A stretch of DNA of 64,000 nt, from assembly GCF_009914755.1 (NCBI RefSeq), contig NC_060935.1. One strand, written 5' to 3'. The DNA comes from the human T2T-CHM13v2.0 reference genome, Homo sapiens. Under the pieces are notes generated by a model, which worked only from the letters and a program-made list of their open reading frames with translations, made no database searches and was not told where the DNA came from. The position numbers and the translations under genes were made by a program. Position 1 is the first letter of the stretch; every line of letters begins with the position of its first letter. Of the stretch, positions 33,965-50,916 are shown piece by piece.

Positions 33965-34817
33965 AAAAGGTGGTTTATCATAAGGATTATGGGAGCTGGT
34001 GAAGAATTCTAGGGGAGACTGTTGCCTTTTACATAGTGGTGGCCCTGGAGTCTCTGCTGATCAGCAGGGCTGGAGGTTGGGAAGAAAGCTGCGTAGAAGC
34101 AGGGAAAAGGGAGGACAAACTGGAACCTGTAAGGACAAACCAGAGCCTGTTCCTGTTTCTGCCTTACCAGAAATAGTCACATGGCCCTGCCCAACTATAA
34201 AAGCACTGGGAATATTGTGGGGAAATATATGTATATTCAGTAAGCAGAAATGCCTCTCAATCAAATATTAGTTATGTGATAATGTAACTGAGGAGGAAAT
34301 GGAATCCATGCTTGAATGATTCTCTGAAAGGTATCCTTTCCAGGTTTTTTTTTTAATCATATGATATGTTTTATTGCCTGAAGATTTAGAGAGAATGTTT
34401 CTTTCCAGCACTCTGGACTTCCCCAAGAACAGGGTTGAGAACAGGAAATTCCCTTCAACTTCCTTCTTTAAGGTCAAGCACACCTTATGGCCCATCCCTA
34501 AGAAATGTCTCCTGGAGGTAGGGTGTCCAACTCACCCTGATTTGCTCAGGACTTCCCAGGTTTTAGCACTGAATGTCCTGCGTCCTGGAGAATGCATTAG
34601 TCTCAGCTGGATACCCTACTGAAAGAGTATGAAATAGATCTAAGGACTTTGGAATAACTGCAATAATTTGAATCTATTAATTGCTGACATTTTTATAACA
34701 GCTTTATTGAGATATAATTCACATACCATCAGCTGGGGACGGTGGCTTACGCCTGTCATCTCAGCACTTTGGGAGGCTGAGGTGGGCGGATCACTTGAGG
34801 TCAGAAATTCCAGACTA

Positions 34818-35141
<324 letters not shown>

Positions 35142-36006
35142 TTATCAGCCCAAAAAGAAATCCCATATTTACTGTAGTTACTCTTCATTTGTTCCCCAGC
35201 CCAACACAACCCTATTCTCTTTCTGCCTCTACAGATTTGCCTCTTCTGAATATTTTGCATAAGTGGAATCATACAATATATGGTCTTTTCAAGGGTAATC
35301 CACGTTGCAGAATGTATTGGTACTTTAATTCTTTATCTGGCCGAATAACATCTCATTTTGTTAATCCATTCATCAGTTGATAGACATTTGTGTTGTTCCT
35401 ACCTTTTGACTATTATGAATAATGCTGCTATGAACTTTCATGTACAAGCATTTGTGTAAACATGTGTTTTCATTTCCTGTGGGCTGATTCCTAGAACTGC
35501 TGAGTTATAAACTAACTTTTATGTTCAACCTTTTGAGGAACTGCCAGACTATTTTCCAAAGTGGCTGCACTCGTTTACATTTCCACTAGCAATGTATGAG
35601 AATTCCTGTTTCTCCACATTCTTACCAACACTTATATCTGTTTTTCTGCTTATAGCCATTCTAGTGGGTATAAAGTGGTATCTCATCGTGGCTTTGATTT
35701 ACATTTCCCTGGTGGCTAACAATGTTAAGCATCTTTTCACATGCTTATTGGTCATTTGTACATTTTCTTTGAAGAAATGTCTCTTCAGATTCTTTGCCCA
35801 TTCTTAAATTGCGTTGTCCTCTTATTACTGCGTTCTTTATGTTTTTTGGATACTGGTCCCTTGTCAGATATATGAGTTACACATATTTTGTCTCATTCTA
35901 TAGGTTGTATTTTCACTTTCTTGAACAGTGTTCCTTGAAACATAAAGTTTTAAAATTTATGGAAGTCTAGTTTTGTTTGTTGCTCATGCTTTTTTTTGTG
36001 TGTGTA

Positions 36007-37220
36007 GAGCCAACTGATCTTAGACAAAGCAAACAAAAACAAAAAGCGGGGGACACCCTTTTCAACTAATGGTGCTGGGATAATTGGCTAGCCACATATA
36101 GAAGTATGAAACTGGATCCTCATCTCTCACCTTATATAAAAATAAACTCAAGATGGATTAAGGACTTAAATCTAAGACATGAAACTATAAAAATTCTAGA
36201 AGATAACATTGGAAAAACCCTTCTAGACATTGGCTGAGGCAAGGATTTCATGACCAAGAACCCAAAAGCAAATACAATAAAAACAAAGATAAATAGCTCA
36301 GACTTAAACTAAAGAGCTTTTGCATGGCAAAAGGAACAGTCAACAGAGTAAACAACCCACAGAGTAGGAGAAAATCTTCACAATCTATTCATCTGACAAA
36401 GCACTAATATCCACAAACTACAATGAACTCAAACAAATCACCAAGAAAAAAATAAACAATCCCATCAAAAAGTGGGCTAAGGACATGAATAGACAATTCT
36501 TAAAAGAAGATATACAAATAGCCAACAAATATATGAAAAAAACACTCAACATCACTAATTATCAGGGAAATGCAAATCCAAACCACAATGTGATACCACC
36601 TTACTTCTCCAAGAATGGCCATAATCAAAAACAGTAGATGTTGGCGTGAATGCAGTGATCAAGGAACACTTCTACACAGCTGCTGGGAATGTAAACTAGT
36701 ACAACCACTATGGAAAACAGTGTGGAGATTCCTTAAAAAACTTACTACTAGGTTTCTACCCAGAAGAAAAGAAGTCATTGTACGAAAAAGATACTTGCAC
36801 ATGCACGTTTATGGCAGTACAATTCACAATGGCAAAATTGTGGAACCAAGTCAAATGCCCATCAATCAATGAGTGGATAAAGAAACTGTGGTATGTATAC
36901 ATGATGGAACACTACTCAGCCATATAAAGGAATGAATTAATGGCATTTGCAGTGACCTGGATGAGACTGAAGACTATTATTCTAAGTGAAGTAACTCAGG
37001 AATGGAAAACCAAACATCATATGTTCTCACTGATATGTTGGGATTAAGCTATGAGGATGCAAAGGCGTCGGAATGATACAATGGACTTTGGAGACTTGTG
37101 GGGAAGGAGGGGGCACCAAAATCTCACAAATCACCACTAAAGAACTTACTCATGTAACCAAACACCACCTGTACACCAATAACCTATGGAAAAATAAAAC
37201 ATAAATAAAAATAAAATAAA
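36007..37220 (+). mobile_element. 5'-truncated L1PB-type element
   Basis: Well-preserved ORF2 end ([18 protein letters not shown]); L1PB 3'UTR GGAATGATACAATGGACTTTGG; CACCACTAAAGAACTTACTCATGTAACC; A-rich tail. Confidence 0.85.
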
Positions 37221-37233
37221 CATAAATTTATAG

Positions 37234-37589
<356 letters not shown>

Positions 37590-40209
37590 TAAAGATGTAT
37601 GCCTATATATAGCTTTAGCTCTTACATTTAGATCATCAATCCATTTTGAGTTAATTTTTGTATGTAATGTGAAGTAAGGTCCAACCTTATTCTTTTGCAT
37701 GTGGATATCCAGTTGTCCTGGCATCATTTGTTGAAAAGACTATTATTTCTCTCATTGAATTGTCTTGGCACCCTTGCCAAAAGTTATTTGACCATAAATG
37801 TGAGGATTTATTTATGTGCTCAATTCTATTCCATTGATCTATATGTCTATCCTTATGCCAATACTGTACCATCTTGATTACTGTAGTAAGCTTTGAAATA
37901 GGTAAATACAAATCTTCCAACTTTGTTCTTTTTCAAGCTTGCTGTGGCTATTCTGGGTCCCTTGAATTTCCATATGAATTTTAGGATCAGCTTGTCAATT
38001 TCTGCAAATAAGTCAGATGGGATTTTGATAGGGATTACACTGAATCTATTGATCAGTCTGAAGAGCATTACCAGCTTACCAATGATCCATGAACAATGAT
38101 GTCTTTCTATTTATTTAGGTCTTCTTTCATTTCCTTCAATTATGTTTTGTAATTTTCAGAGCATACATTCCGCACTTTTTTTGTTAAACATTCCTAAGTA
38201 TTCTATTCATTTTGATGCTATGATAAATGGAGTTTTCTTAATTTTCAGTTTATTGCTACTGCAGTAAGTTTTATTTTTGTATATTGATACAAAAATACAA
38301 CTTATTTTTGTGTATTGATCATGTATCCTGAAATCTTCTAAGTTGTTGTTGTTTTTTTGTTTGTTTGTTTGTTTGAGATGAGGTCTCACTATGTTGCCCA
38401 GGCTGGTTGCAAACTCTTGGATTCATATAATCTTCCCATCTCAGCCCCCCAACTAGCTAGGATTACAAGGATGTGCCACTGCACCCAGCTCTTCTGAGCT
38501 TTTTTATTAATTCTAATAGTTTTTTAGTAGATTCCTTAGGATTTTCTATATACGAGATCATGTCATCTGCAAATATAGTTTCACTTCTTCCTTTCCAATC
38601 TGGATGACTCTTATTTAATTTTCTTGCCTAATTATTACTGACTTATTTTTAAGAATCATTTATTTGCTAGGTCTTTTTGTCTGTAGCACACACCAATAAC
38701 TTGGTGCTTACTTTATTTATAAGAAAACTGAGGAACAGAAAGGCACACTACCTGGATGTATGGGTCCTACAACATTCTAAGACTAAAACCTAGCTGTCTC
38801 AGTGTCCCAGACTAATGACCTCTTTGAAGTTGGACAGCATTATTCTAAATAAAGAACTCCCCCAAGAGAATCAACTACAATTGTAAATTCAGTAAATTGA
38901 AATTTGTTGCAAATAAAACCAAGCACCAATTTTAATTCAACCTTCAGATTGATTTTTGCTACAAAGTTGTACAAATCTACATAATCTCAATTATGCTAGA
39001 GACTGAGCTTAGTAAATTACACAACCAAGTGAGCCTCAGTGGTAGGCTGAGGTCACACATTTCCAGCTCTCACCAGAGGTACCTCCAAACCCCAAAACTG
39101 CATAAAGAGGCACAAGTCCAAGTCCAGAAAGAATAGCTTTTACAAAGATTTGCACACACTTTTGGCTAAAGGTTTATTTATCGGAAGGCCTGTCCCTAAT
39201 GTGTTCTGTTTTTGGTTCTCAGTTTTAACATCAGTGAGAGCACCAACATTTTGGGGAAGTGGAGCTTAAGCATTCAAAGAGCTGTCAGGCCTGTGACAGC
39301 CTGTAGGGGTAGGGAAGCTAATACTTGTCCTTAAGGCCAGAGCTTACCAAGGACAAGAAGATCAGGAACCAAGATGGCAAGTAATGTACAGTTTGGTCCA
39401 GTGATGCCCTTGGCCCAGCTCTGGAGCAGCCTAGAGCTCTGGCTGAGAAACTCAAGCAATTGAAACCAGACTCTAGGCAATTAATCCTGCAGTTCTGAGG
39501 TTGCTATAACTATCCCACCTGTTTAGCTGGAGTTAAAGGTCAGACCCTATAATAAACCTCCTTTCGGAAGTTGAGATCACCACGACCCCAGCCAAAGGGC
39601 CAAGTCAGAAGTGTTCAGGTCCTACCCCTCCCTGGAGCCAATAGCAGGCTTTATGTTCAGGGTCAGAGAAAGGCAGGAAGGAACCTCGAGTTCCAGGGCT
39701 TCTTTTAAGTGTGCCAGCCAGCCCCAGCTCCCTCAGAATTAGTATGAGAAAAGGAAGTTCAAAATAGCTCGAGACTGTAAACACAGGTGACTGTAAGCCT
39801 GTGAGCATGGACGTACACACCACCTCCCAAATCTTAGTTTGACTAACATCACAAGTCTGTGTTGTGAACTAAAGTGTAGACCAAGTATCCCTAAGGCCTA
39901 TACAACATCCTTAATACCTCTTCTTCCTTACCCCAGAAGCAATCCATCACCAGATCCTCCCAGTCTTTCCTCTGAAGCAATCTAGAATCCATTCCCTTCC
40001 CTCCAGCTCTACCACCACTCCTAAGCCAAGCTGTGCTCATCTCCCCTGTGGCTATTCACTAGGATGCTCACATCTCTTCCTCAAAATGCAAATCTGAACA
40101 TATCACCCATCTCCAGAAAATCCTTCCATGACTTCTCAGGTCTCTAATGGTAAAGATAAAACTCCCCAGGTTGTCTCCATGGCCCAGCACAGTTGGTCTC
40201 CAGCCACAG

Positions 40210-42828
40210 AGCAGGTCCCTGAGTTTTCACAGGGTTTATCATCTGCCTTCTGGAGCACACTAGCCACCTCTTGCTTATCCTGCCCAGTCGCTATGATGCA
40301 GTTGATTTAATGCATCTGTGTGCTATTCTGTGGGATGTCCAGATTGTCCCTCTCTCTCTGCATAATGACTGAAGGCAAGAGAGTTAATATAACTATGGGG
40401 GAAAACTGCAGATGAATATCTTTGTCTGTTCCACATGAATGCCAACTGTTCTGATCCTCTTGTTCCATTGGAATAGAAAAGAACACGTGTGAAGTTTTTA
40501 GGTATCCAGTGGTCATGGTGTGCCAGGACATCCCCTTCAAAGTAAAACGCAAGTTGATGCCCATTTCATCCTTCCTACCACAAAGAAGGATGCACAGCAC
40601 GTGGCAGGGCTCTTTGCATTCTGGAGGCCACACATTCCACACCTAGAAATTCTTCTCTGGTGGTACCGAAAGTTGCCAGCTTTACACGGAGCCTGGAACA
40701 GAAAAGGGCTCTACAGGAGGTCCAGGCAGCTAGGCAAATAGCTTATCTTTTCGATCATATGATCCAGCAGACCCTATGGCATTGGAAGTGTCAGTGATAG
40801 GTAAGATGCAATACAGACCTCTTTGAAAGCCCCAGTGAAATAATCACAAAGCAGGCCCCTGGGTTTCTGGAGCATGACATCTGCATATACCTTTTGAGAA
40901 ACAGTTCCTGGCATGTGACTAGGCTCCAATTTAGACGCAATGCTTGACTATCAAGTGACAATACATCTAGAACTGGCCATGACGGACTGGCTTCTGTTAA
41001 GTCAGCCAAGTCCTAGTTAGGTAGGGCCTGTAGTACTTCATTGCAAGATAGAAACGGTAACCAAGCTTGGTTTACTGGTGGGTCAACTCAGCGTGTGGGT
41101 GGAAGCCAAAAATGGACAGTGCCTGCTTGACAGCCACAGTCAGGGGTTTTCTTGAAAGACAGAGGCAAGGGAAAATCTCCCCAATGAGCAGAACTGCAAG
41201 TGCGGCAGCTGCTTGTGGAAGGAGAACTCTACACAGGAGACATGTTCCTGGGCAGCAACCAAGGATCTAGCTGCCTAGTCAGAGGCTGGAAGAAAAAGTC
41301 TGGAAGATTGAGGACAAGGAAGCATGTGGGTGGACATTTAGAAATAGGCACAAAATGTGAAGATTTTGTATCACACATTAACACCCACCAGAAAGCATCC
41401 ACCACAAAAGACAACTAACAACTGAGTAGATTAAATGACTCAGCCACTTCATCACTGGCCATCCTGGAACTGGCACAACAGTCTCATGAATGGAATTGGT
41501 CACAGTGGCAGAGATGAAGGCTACTATGTATGCGCCTAAAAGCATGGACTCCCACATGCCAAAGCTGATCTAGCTATTGCTGCCTCTGCCAGCAACAGAG
41601 ATCCATGCTGAGTCCCAGATATAATACTATTCCTCAAGGAGACCAGCCAGCCACCTGGTGGCAAGTCAATTGCATGAGGCCCCTTCCATTCTGGAAAGGC
41701 CAGCGGTTTATCCTCACAGGGATAGAGACGTATCCTGGGAATCAGCTTGCCTTTTCTGCCTACAGAACCTTAGCCGGCACCAGTATCCTCAGAAGTTTAC
41801 AGAGTAACTGATCCACAGGTATGGAATTCCATCCAGCATAGAATCCAACCAGGGACCCACTTCACAATGGAGGTGAGCAAGTGAGCCTATGACAATAGGA
41901 TCTACTGGTCATATATATATACTGCACCATCCAGAAGCTGCCAGCCTGAAAGAGCACCAGAATGGCTTACTGAAGGCACAGCTAGGGCACTCGCCTGGAG
42001 GCAATAATCTGCAAGGACTGGATGCCATCCTTCAGGACCCAGCACATGCATTAAATCAGAGAGCTATAATCACATCTAAATTACAGCTTCCTGCTATGTC
42101 CCCTACAGGAAAAATGCATGGGTCCAGGAACCTAGGGGCAGAAGCAAGAGTGGCTACACTTACCATCACTTCCAAGGACCCACTGGGGAATGTTGTGCTT
42201 CCTGTCCCTGAACTCTAGGTTCCGTAGGGTTGGAAACACTAATCCCCAAAGGGGGCATATTCTTGCCAGGGACACAACTACACCCGTTAAGTCCCACTGA
42301 ACTACAGAACTCTGGCTGCCACCAGGGTACTTTGGACTCCTTGTATCTAAGAATGAGTAGACAAGAAAAGAGTCACCATCATGGCAGAGATGACTGAGCT
42401 TGAATAGCAGGACGTGGTCGCGCTGTTTTTATACATCAGTAGGGGCTAAAATAATGTGAAGCCCAAATGATCCATTTGGGTATCTCTTGGTACTCCCTTG
42501 TCCAGTTGTAACTCTAAGTGGACATTTGCAGCAACCCTGGTCAAGAAGAGTATGATGACCAAGGGCTTGGACCTCTCAGGAATGAAGGTTGGGGTTATAC
42601 CACTAAGCAAGCCAAGCCCCACTGAAGTGATAGCTGAAGGTGATGGGAACTTAGGATAGCGCAGAAGGGAGAAGGTAAGTACCAACCATGGCCCCAAGAC
42701 TAACTTCATCAATGGTGATTGTAATTTGTTCCCCAAAGCTCCCTCTTCTAGGTTTCCCGTCGGGAAACCATGGAAAGAAACATGGGTGCATTGTGGAAAA
42801 GAGGATCTGTGCAGTATAAGGGGCAGAC
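40210..42828 (+). mobile_element. ERVL-class internal remnant (pol: RT, RNase H, integrase; ERV3-16A3-like)
   Basis: LPTTKKDAQHVAGLFAFWRPHIPHL; LSPRYNTIPQGDQPATWWQV..PLPFWKGQRFILTGIETY; HHPEAASL..NGLLKAQL. Confidence 0.82.
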
Positions 42829-43265
42829 TGTGCAGGTTGTGGAGCTGCATCACTCAAGTCTCCTTCAAGAAAACCTGACAAAGTGCCCAGAGGAGTCATA
42901 ATTAATGGCAGCCCCCAGCTGCTTCCCCTGTGAATGCAGAAGCCACACTTCCTCTAGGCTCTGCTTCTAGACAACAACTGAGCACAACAGGATTACTGGT
43001 GTGCCCAGTCTTGCCCAAAGTGGACTCCTCTCATGAGCAGCTTTTTGCCAGGGACTCCCCATCAACTTCACTGAGATTCTTCTCAGAGCTGGTCTATGGT
43101 CTAAGACTTCCTTCCCAGTCCTTCCTCCCTCTGTCCTCTCCCAGGGGTCAGCCTGGCCCCTGGATCTAAAGCCTCTCCCTGCCTACTCTTGCTCCCTTGC
43201 TCTTTAGCCCTCACAGGTGTTTCCTTTGTCTTGGCATCTGCTTCTCAAAAAAACCCAAGTTGACA
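42829..43265 (+). mobile_element. LTR16-type 3' LTR of the ERVL
   Basis: PPT-like AAGGGGCAGAC then TG; GCAGCCCCCAGCTG, CACAGGTGTTTCC, GTCTTGGCATCTGCTTCTC; ends TGACA. Confidence 0.7.
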
Positions 43266-43319
43266 GAAATAATATATGATCTCTCAAAGATAGAGTACCT
43301 CTACTAAAACATAGGGGCT

Positions 43320-46145
<2,826 letters not shown>

Positions 46146-47594
46146 GAGTTCCTTTGCTTGCTTGTTTATTTACCAGTCCCTGAAATCACAGCCTGGGAAG
46201 CCCTGAAGTAGAGCAGGTGCAGAAGCTGAGGCAGGCAGGGCTGCTTGCTGAGTGAACCAAACACACCTGATTTACCCAGGACCACTGGAGAGGCCTGGCT
46301 GGGCCCTACACGGAAGAACGCAGTTGACTCAAATGTCCTTGAAATCTTGAGCTACTAAACAGGTCTGTTCTCTTATATCACACATCATTCCAAAACAGAT
46401 TTGCAGAAGATTACAAAACAAAACACAGTAGAAAGTGAGTAGGATCAGCTGTTACAAAGAGCAAGGAAATAGTTGGTCCCAGCACCTGCCTTAAGGTAAG
46501 CTCAGGCCTAGGCCCACAATATAAACACATACAGCTGAGTTCCATGCTGCCCTTCTTGCCCAGCCAAGAATCCCACTTCCTGCTCCAGAGGTACTGCCTA
46601 CCTTCCTTCCCCTTTCCTCGGCCTTCTCCGAGAGAACTAAAGCTCTGTCCGTGGGCTCCAGGCAGACGGCTGCAGTGTGGCCTCTCACCCCCTCTGCAGG
46701 CAGGACGCTGCGCTGCAGCTCTCTGGGCCCTCTCCTCATCTCTTCAGAAGCATTTACCACCTGCCAGGCCCAGGGGATGGAGACAGGCAAGAGATCCCCC
46801 TTTTCCCTCTGGGAGCTCACGGTGCAAGGGCTGAGCCTGACACGAAAGCAGGCAATGACAATCCAGAGAGGAGATGCCAGCATCTAAGAAAATGAAGGAG
46901 CACAAGGATGGAATGATTAACTGCCTAGGGAGATTGGGGACACTTCACAGCAGGTGACTGCTAAAGTAAACCCTGTACAACAAACACAAAGTGGGTGAAG
47001 GGGAGGCATTCCAGGCAAAGGGAAAATGCATGCAAACCAGGAAAGCATAAAAGAGGGCACTGATTGGTCTGAGGTGCCTGACTTGATCACGTTACACTTC
47101 TTCTGGAGCTTCCTGCCAAAGCAGCCTGAAGAATAAAAATGAACGAAGCTGGACCTCTCATAAAGGTCTCCCACCTGCCATCCCCAGGAAAGCAAACCTT
47201 TCTTTCAAGAGCTTCCCCCGACCCCCAGCTTCCCACACCTGGTCTCCCTTACCCTCTCAAGAAAGGGCCCATCCTGTCTCAGTCAAGTGACAACCTCTGC
47301 ACCCCTGGCCGGGTCTTTTCCCTCCTGTGTCTCAGTCTCCTCCTCTGTGGAGTGGGGAAAGAACCCTGTCTGCATCCATGTGAATCAGCCACATAACAGC
47401 TAGGAAGGCTCCTAGCACTGCGGGCAGAAGGACCCAGGAGACCCCAGGCCCTCAGGGGCATCCTGGGCAGGCCACAACCCCGAGCCTGCTGGTAAAGAGA
47501 GGTGATGCCACAAGACCATCCTCACAGATGGACCCAACTGCACCCGCAGCCACCCACTGCTCATAAACCTCCATAAAAATCAGTGATCCATGCA

Positions 47595-48441
47595 GTTTTT
47601 GTTTCAGGTGTTTTATTAAGTGGGCCATACTGTAGCTGGTTTCTAAGTTGCAAAACATAAATTTAATAATAATAACATAGCCAGTTAGATTGTGACAAGC
47701 TTTTCCTTTCCTTAAAAAAAGAAAATACTTAAAAACACACAATGGCGGGTTAAATAAATAAAACATTTTAAAAAAGAAAAAAGAAAAGAAAAACCTGTTA
47801 AAACATGCTTATGTTTACTTCTGTGAAACTGTGCCAACAGGAAATGTGGTATTTGGCACGATGACACATCCCGGCATGTCTCCTTCCCAAACAATACTGA
47901 CAAAAAAGAAAATACGTGGGACTGACTCATCGGTGCTTGCTTAGAGGCACTACTAAAAATCCCTTTGATTGGAGCATGGGGCTTCCCGCGCAGCACACCT
48001 GTGTGTGGCCTATGAAAGCCAAATATCCATAATAATGTTAATATAGAAAAACATTAGTTTAAAAATGATGTGGAAGGGCCTCATTAATGCGACGGGGCAA
48101 GGAAACATAACTGTCCCGCACGCAGTGCCACAGGCTCAGTCCAGGGAGGCCTCAGGCTTCCAGCATGTGGCCACGGCGAGGGAGGGCACCAGCTTCAAAA
48201 TAAGCGGCACCAGCCTCGCTCCCTCTCCCTATCACTCTTTCACATGAAAGTGTGTAAAAAGCAAATCAGCAAATAAACTCTAAAATAGATTATTTATTCC
48301 AAAAATCCTCTAGTTTTCTTTTTACAGTGAGTGTACATTTTGTCTCCTACTCCTGCACAATCGCTTAAGTCCCTTTGGGAAAAAAGGTCAGAGCTGCAGG
48401 GTGAGTCTTTCTCAGTCCTGCTGCTGGCTGGTGCTGGGAGG
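47595..48441 (-). other. DENND5A: DENND5A 3'UTR
   Basis: Runs from the stop codon to ~15-20 nt past the distal AATAAA; U-rich on the minus strand. Cleavage site inferred. Confidence 0.8.
47612..47617 (-). terminator. DENND5A: Distal polyadenylation signal AATAAA
   Basis: Plus-strand TTTATT; a T-rich element follows on the minus strand (~47560-47580). Confidence 0.8.
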
Positions 48442-48625
48442 TCAGATGTCGATGCCCTTGACAAGGGACGTCTCCAGCGTGATGTTGAACTCCTGCAATG
48501 TCTGCAGCACACGAATCAAGGAATTGACAAGTGTATGGTCTTTGATCAGTGCCACATCCTCATACATGTGTGCAGTGATGGGGCAGTCAGCCAGCAGGGC
48601 AATCCAGTGGTGTAGGAGGTGATCT
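48442..48625 (-). CDS. DENND5A: DENND5A last coding exon (exon 23; end of RUN2)
   Basis: cag|A GAT CAC...; [60 protein letters not shown]; 184 nt. Confidence 0.96.
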
Positions 48626-48944
48626 CTGGCAGAGCGGGAGCAGTCCAGGCAGGTCAGAGGGGCAAAGGAAAAGGAAGAGAGAGCGTTAGTGCAAGGCCAA
48701 GGGGGAAACCATGAACTAAGTCTGAAGCTGGAGAAGCTGACAGCCCCCCACACCCCCCTTTCCCAAACAGGGACTGGCAAAGAGGTCTTTCAGCTCCAGG
48801 ACACCAAACAAACCTGACCCAAATCAGCCCTGTCATGAGCCTCCAAGCCTCCTCCTCCCCTGCCTCCCTCGCCCTGCCTAGTCAGCCCCACCACTGGTGT
48901 CTCCCAGAGCTTCTCTCCTCCCACAGCTACCACCACCAGGAATA

Positions 48945-49185
48945 ATAATAAGCACTAACCTCACATAACACTCAGCATGTGCTGGCACTGACATAAGAGA
49001 TTTAATCTTCATGATAACCCTGTGATATGAGGTAGGTACTATTATTATCCCCACTTTATAGATGAAGAAAGTAGGGTAGATGGAAGTTAAGTAGCTTGTC
49101 CAAGATCACATGGCTAGTAAATGGATAACTTGAGATCTGAACCTAGTGAATGCGGTTCTGGAGTCTGTTTTTAACCACTATGCCA
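48945..49185. mobile_element. MIR SINE
   Basis: GAGGTAGGTACTATTATTATCCCCACTTTATAGATGAAGAAA..GTTAAGTAGCTTGTCCAAGATCACA. Confidence 0.8.
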
Positions 49186-49615
49186 ATTCTCTCCCTTTAT
49201 GCAGCCTGAATAAACTGCCTTAAGTTTATTTGAGCTTCATGCTCTCTCACCTGACCTACAGGAATAGCCCCTAATAATCATGTCCACTCTAATGCATACC
49301 ACCCATAATATCAGATTAATATTACTTCAGTCCCCTGATGAAACAACTTTGTACTAATATGAAAAGAATCTTTCTCTGTCCCAGCTCAGGGGCCCTACCC
49401 TCCTTTCAACTGTGTTTCCTATTACTGCCCTTGCCACGTTCTGTTATTTCCTTCCATTAAAGGCTCACTTAAATACCAACTCCTCCCTGAAGTCTTCTCT
49501 GATCTTTCTCCTCTACCTTTTCAGCATATTGTATGAATGTACACTTCATTTTTGGACCCTCAAAACCTTCTTCCATGCTCTGTATTTAATTAGGACAAGT
49601 AAGCTTCTAAATGTT

Positions 49616-49925
<310 letters not shown>

Positions 49926-50128
49926 TGGTAAGGGGCCACGTTTTATTCAGCTGTCTTCCTACCAACTTCCATAAGGCCATTTAAATGTCTAATGAAGGAA
50001 TAACTAGATATACTCTGCTTCAAACTTCCCCAGTGGTGTGATTTTGATCTTTCCTTTCAAAATGGGGCCCCTCTGCCCCGAGTTACATACACGTTGTCAT
50101 CCCTACCCCGACAGATCACCACACACAT

Positions 50129-50530
50129 AAGTCACGTGTTGCTTAATGACAGGGATACAGTCTGAGAAATGTGTCATTAGACAGTTTCGTCACCATGCGA
50201 ACTTTATAGGGTTCTCATACAAACCTAGATGGTAGAGCCTACTATATGTCTAGCCTGTTGCTCCTAAGCTACAAATCGGTACAGCCCTGTCACCAGCCCC
50301 CAGGCCTGCTCTTCTACACTTCTCCTGGAGCTTCCTGCCACAGCAGCCTGAAGAATAAAAATGAAGGAATACTGTGCTGAATACCGTAGGCAACTAAAAC
50401 ACAATGGTAAGTATTTGGGTACCTAAACATCTCAACCTATAAAAGGTACAGTAAAAACAGAGTATAATCTTATAGGACCATCATCCCATAAACAGTCCGT
50501 CACTGACAAATGTTGTTACGCAGCACATTT
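50129..50530 (+). mobile_element. Tigger3a/Golem-type MITE carrying an ~84-bp foreign insert
   Basis: GCTTAATGACAGGGATACAGTCTGAGAAATGTGTCATTAG, AAACCTAGATGGTAGAGCCTACTA, ATAATCTTATAGGACCA. Confidence 0.8.
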
Positions 50531-50592
50531 TATGCAGTGTGTGACCATACACGATACACAGAGGAAATTCAGGGCTTCTAGGAAACCTTCTA

Positions 50593-50916
<324 letters not shown>

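Noticed and set aside
48294-48512. Alternative-frame ORF overlapping the DENND5A stop
   Set aside because: No ATG start or supported splice route visible from sequence alone; would need junction reads.
48442-48780. 112-aa ORF extending the last DENND5A exon into the intron; similar extensions at 52797-53126, 58848-59039 and 60905-61228
   Set aside because: Canonical in-phase splice sites define shorter exons; the extensions are short chance read-through into introns.
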